From Eutreptiella sp. 'Long Island Sound 2002' (Eukaryota; Protista; Euglenida): DNA of 64,000 nt. This document shows positions 59,721 through 64,000 of the stretch, piece by piece. The position numbers were made by a program, and so were the translations under genes. How positions within the stretch are numbered: the first letter of the stretch is position 1; each line of letters begins with the position of its first letter. The stretch is from contig OZ038379.1 of NCBI GenBank assembly GCA_964036045.1, positions 3,100,001-3,164,000 of the forward strand, written 5' to 3'. Below the pieces are notes generated by a model that searched no databases, was not told where the DNA came from, and saw only the letters and a list, made by a program, of their open reading frames with translations.

Positions 59721-61479
59721 CCATGGCCCGGTACGGAGCCCACCATGCGCCCTGTTGCTGGCCCCCAACAACAACAACCACGCTACCCGCACGGTAGTGC
59801 ATCACCACACCCGCTGCACCATACCCAAGCACAACGTCACGACGGCGGTCTGTTGCGACAACCCCCACAACCCCCCCCCCCAAAGCATTGGCCCCTACTG
59901 CCCCGACACCCCTTGGCCCCTACTGCACCTCCTCCCCACACACTACCACACCTTGACGGCAGCCGTGGCCCCGGACGAGCAAGCATGGCTTAAACCATAC
60001 AGATAGTCAAGCACCCATGGGACAAACATAGTGTCCATAGGCCCATGTAGCCCGGGCCATGCCCCCCCCGAAAGCCGTTGTTTGGCTTGTTTCGTGGCAC
60101 CTGAGAATTTTCGAAATTTTGACTCTTTCTGAAACCCGTCTCCCGCCGTTGGGATGGGTCTTGGTGATCGTTTGGTGACCATGTGGGTGCTGGAGCACCC
60201 ATGGGGTCCCACGTAGTGGCCGCTAGGCTAGTGAAGGTGAGCCCAAAGAGATTTTGGTCTCCAAGATTCCAAGAGTACGCCACCTACATCCCCACCAAGG
60301 GAGCAAAGGAAGAAATTCAGGGTCACTAGATCTCCATTGATAGTTTGCCTTAAGGGTTGGTGTTGACCTCGGAGAAGAAACTCTTGGCTCAAGGTACGGG
60401 ACTCACCCCCAAGAAGTTTTGCACTACAAATCCTGGGTATATGCCCTCTCATATCAAGATGCTCATGAGTGTGAGTGTGCAAATGCTTAGATATAAGGAT
60501 GGTTGAGTTGCGGAGGCACCGTGCTTCATTCCACCTTGTGGAGGTAGCAACATAACCTCAAAGAGGTATTTTGTCTCTTGGAGGAGAGGGCAGAAATTGC
60601 TCTTGAAGGAGCAGACTCCATGTCGATGAAAAATCTTTCTCCCTTTGTCAATTTTGCACTCTTCCTAGTATGCACTGGCGCCATTTCTCATACCACTTAC
60701 AATCACATATTCCTAGACTCGGACAAAGAGTTGCTTCAACAATGGCGAGAGTTCAGGTATGAGAAGGAGGGAAGACACTCAGAAAGTGGTCCCAGGGGTA
60801 CTTCCCTCAATCCTTCAAAGGTAAATTCAAACTGCAATGACCCTTCAAAATCCAAAACTCAATCTTCTACTCCAACATATCCATCAAAGCAACAACCCCC
60901 AAGGAGAGCGGAGTGGTCCTACCGGCTTCATTCCTCACATCACCTTCAAACCCCAATCCTCGAGCCTGAGCCAACCAAACCCACACCCAACCACCAAATC
61001 CTCAAGCCACCAAGGCGGCCCGAAGCCCTTTATGTGGGTACACCCACAGCTCCGGGAAAGGAACACCCAACAGTGGTAAGCATGTAGCTTGGACGATGGG
61101 CCCCCCAAACGCCCCAAATCGGTGTTTGTGAGCCAAATTGGTGGCACCTGAAAATGTTCCAACTTCTCATTTTTCCGAAACCCTTCCGTCAGCCGTGGGA
61201 TGGATATGGGTAATAGTGCACCCATGGGACGAGCCCGGGCCATGGAGGAGGGGCATCACTCCCTTAGTCAAAAAAATCAGAACCGGAATACTACCAGCGT
61301 CCAACTGATCAAGCATTGAAAGAGTGTGCAAGACAAGCTTAAAGAAAATAAAACATGCAAAGATGGCAACAATAGGTGCAATCACAATATCAAGGCCCAA
61401 CAAAAATATGTTTCCTTCGGCAAGGCATCTCGCAGGGGGAAGAGGCAAGCAGGCTGTTGGTCATGTAGCCTATCAATCA

Positions 61480-61700
61480 TGCAGTCCGTCAATCATGCAG
61501 TCCGTCAATCAGACAGGCAAGCAGTCAACCATGTGGGCAGCCGATCAAGCAAGTTAGTTCGTCTACCAATCAATCAACCAACCAATCAATTAATTAGCCA
61601 GTCGGTTGGTCGGTGAATCTGTCAGCAATCGGTCAGTCAATCAGCCAGGCATTTAGGCAAGTAGACCAAAAGGCAGGTAGACCAATAGGCAATCAAGGAG
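61480..61700. repeat. Degenerate (CAAT/CCAA/CAGT)n microsatellite tract
   Basis: Read directly from sequence. Confidence 0.8.
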
Positions 61701-61779
61701 GCAGTCAAAAACACCCCATTGGGGTTTTTTGCTAGTATGCTACATCTATCACCGATGAGCAACTTCCTTTCTTCCAGCA

Positions 61780-61850
61780 GGCGAGATGGCCGAATGGGTA
61801 GCGCGCAAGTTTGCCATTCCTACCTAGGTTCGATTCCCGGTAGGTGTAAA
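61780..61850 (+). mobile_element. tRNA-derived SINE head / tRNA pseudogene (possibly Gly-GCC-derived)
   Basis: Box A TGGCCGAATGG (61787), box B GGTTCGATTCC (61827), TTGCCAT loop; acceptor stem does not pair. Confidence 0.65.
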
Positions 61851-63866
61851 CCAAATGGCGGTCTGCACCACACATTGTCGTTTTGCAGCCCAGGTTCGAA
61901 TCTTGCTGTGCACAAAGTTTTGAACCCCCCACACCCACCTCCACCCATAAAACCCATAAAGGGGTGCTCAACTATGGGGCGTAGGGTGGTCAAAATCCAA
62001 AAATTTATTCGGGGATCATTTTGCCTCCCAAAATGATGATTTTACAAGTGGTTAGACATCTAATACCATACCTTGGGGCATGCTACGTGAATGACCCCGA
62101 AAAAAGGGGGCGCATATGGCGCCGGCACCCGCGCTTGATCTAACAACCCTCTTCGAAGTGACTTATAAAGCGCCCCACCTTGCCCAATCCGGCGCTCTGT
62201 GGTGCCCACAACAACAAATTGAATGACAAAAATTGCCAACAACACACAAAGATTCTTTAAGAATTGCAGTGGGCTTCAAGCTTAACAGCGCACAACCTAC
62301 AATATTCCTTAGTTAAATGGGGTTCCCTTTTTGCACGCAGCAAAGTGCACTGCAGAAAGCAATCTCACAGAGGGGGGGGACTTGTAGGGGTTCCCAATCA
62401 CAAACAAAGAGTAAAATGAAACGTTTGCAAAATCCATCAAAGGGATTCAATCAATGCTCAAGCTGTGAGGGCCACCATATTTGCAACAAACCATTTGTCC
62501 ATAACCAAGGTCCATTACTAAGCATTCTCGCGATCAATAACACTACTGGATCCCCTGCGGGGAGAACGCATTCAGGTGCGGTGCACAACTTGGATTTCAC
62601 TGTTTGGCCTCTAATCACTGCACTGTTTTCAACGCTCAAAACAAAAGGAGAATGGTGGTGTTTTGAATGTATCCAAGGGGCCTTGCCGTGTTGTTGTTAC
62701 AACTTTGTGTTAGAGGCACGGGGGGGGGGGGGGGCAACGGGCCACACCCGTACCCCAACATATTTGGCTTAAAGTGACCGTCTCGTCGCGCTGATCATTT
62801 TGCGGTATATCTTTCAGGGTGAAAGAACTTTCAAAGCATGGGGGGGCGGGATGGTAGGTGGTATTTTTGTTTCAGGGCATAGCACCCCCGAGTCAATTCC
62901 CGGCCACTGTTGCCAGTGGCGCCCCACCCAGGACAAACATGCTTTTGTTTCAAGACGGAGTTGATATACGCTTCGAAACCCCTTGACAAAGGGGACAAAA
63001 TCAGAATTGGCTGCCTAACCCTGCCTTCTCAAGGGCCCACAAGTGGGCGGAAATGCTACATAACCCCTGCATTCTCAGGGTCCCCAACATGAGCCTTGAG
63101 AATGCTTTTCTTGTGACGACTGTAGCACGCCCTTCGGCACGCTTGTAAGAGGCTATGCAAGGAAATGGTACACTCCGTTTTTTTATGGATGTCATCATAG
63201 TTGTGTGACGTGGGAATTTCGTTTTTTTTTGTTGGTTTGTGGCATCCTAGTGCTGGTTGGAGCTTTTAGTTCCACATTTTCGACAAGAGTTGGCATTTTT
63301 TTGTTTTTATGTAGCAAAACTGGAACACATCCACACACAATAGCAAATTCACAAAAGACCTATGCATGCACGCACGGGAACCCCAAGTGTAAAGGAACCC
63401 TCTGTCCCCTTGGTAGACATTTAGTTGTCCCTTTTTGTATGGCATCATTGCCACCACACCCATCAAATGATGAGGGGTAGAAGGAGATCCCGCTATGCTT
63501 GGAGAGGCAAATTCAAAGATAGGGAAGCAACACATCACCTCAAGTTCTCCCCAAGCCAATCCCAGGGTTCCAAGGCCATTGACTGTGCCTCTAACCACCG
63601 GGGGGAGGGGGCAGGTCAGGGCCCTTGACGCCGACCCCCCCCCCCCCTGGGAAATTGGCAGGGATTGCCGGACCATTGATTGCAAAGGCGTCATGAGGAA
63701 ATTTCGCCCAGTGTGGCACAGGGTAAAAAGCCGTGTTTCCACCCCATGTATGTAGAGTATACTCGACATACTTGGAATTTGCTAGAGAGTCCAAAAAATG
63801 GACAAAAATGGGCATTTTCAAAGCCCAAAATAGGTATCCCATCCCCGAGCAGTATTTAGCAGAGTT

Positions 63867-63940
63867 GGCTAGTGTCCTAATGGGTAGCACACTGGACTTG
63901 CATTTGGAAAATCTTGGGTTCAATTCCCGGGGGTGTCAAA
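63867..63940 (+). mobile_element. Second, more diverged tRNA-derived SINE head
   Basis: AATGGGTAGCACA...GGTTCAATTCCCGG...GTGTCAAA parallels 61780-61850. Confidence 0.55.
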
Positions 63941-64000
63941 TATGTGCCACAAGGCAAAAGAGGTGGAGCTGCTTCCCCCCCCCTTTTTTGCCAACCCTCA

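Noticed and set aside
61780-61850. Functional tRNA gene
   Set aside because: Acceptor and anticodon stems do not pair; treated as a SINE head

Overview
Repeat-dense eukaryotic, heterochromatin-like DNA. No prokaryotic operons, rRNA, CRISPR or clearly intact host gene. The poly-C/G style recalls euglenid/protist genomes, but that is inference only. Layout, left to right: (1) a ~10-kb 20/21-bp satellite (AAATATTCCACGGAGG-TATC/-GGGTT) in two blocks, 1275-2220 and 5659-~15200, split by a 3.4-kb insert; (2) a decayed intronless UPF1/DNA2-like SF1 helicase ORF (~18.4-20.8 kb) bracketed by 88-bp, 24-bp and ~420-bp tandem arrays; (3) a Harbinger/ISL2EU-type transposase relic (~25 kb); (4) the main feature, an apparently intact and very young Penelope-like retroelement at 28446-36318 (minus strand); (5) a cluster of TA-flanked non-autonomous TIR elements, most tipped with poly-C/poly-G, one carrying a chromodomain; (6) LINE APE and RT relics and tRNA-derived SINE heads. 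The Penelope-like element has identical 434-bp terminal direct repeats and a gag-like ORF1 joined by an ATGA overlap to a 1663-aa ORF2. ORF2 reads: putative N6-adenine-methyltransferase-like domain, N-terminal GIY-YIG, then an RT with an FRDN catalytic motif and a ~150-aa palm insertion. The whole element is enclosed by a near-identical 1158-bp duplication that looks like a giant target-site duplication and copies a putative host exon.
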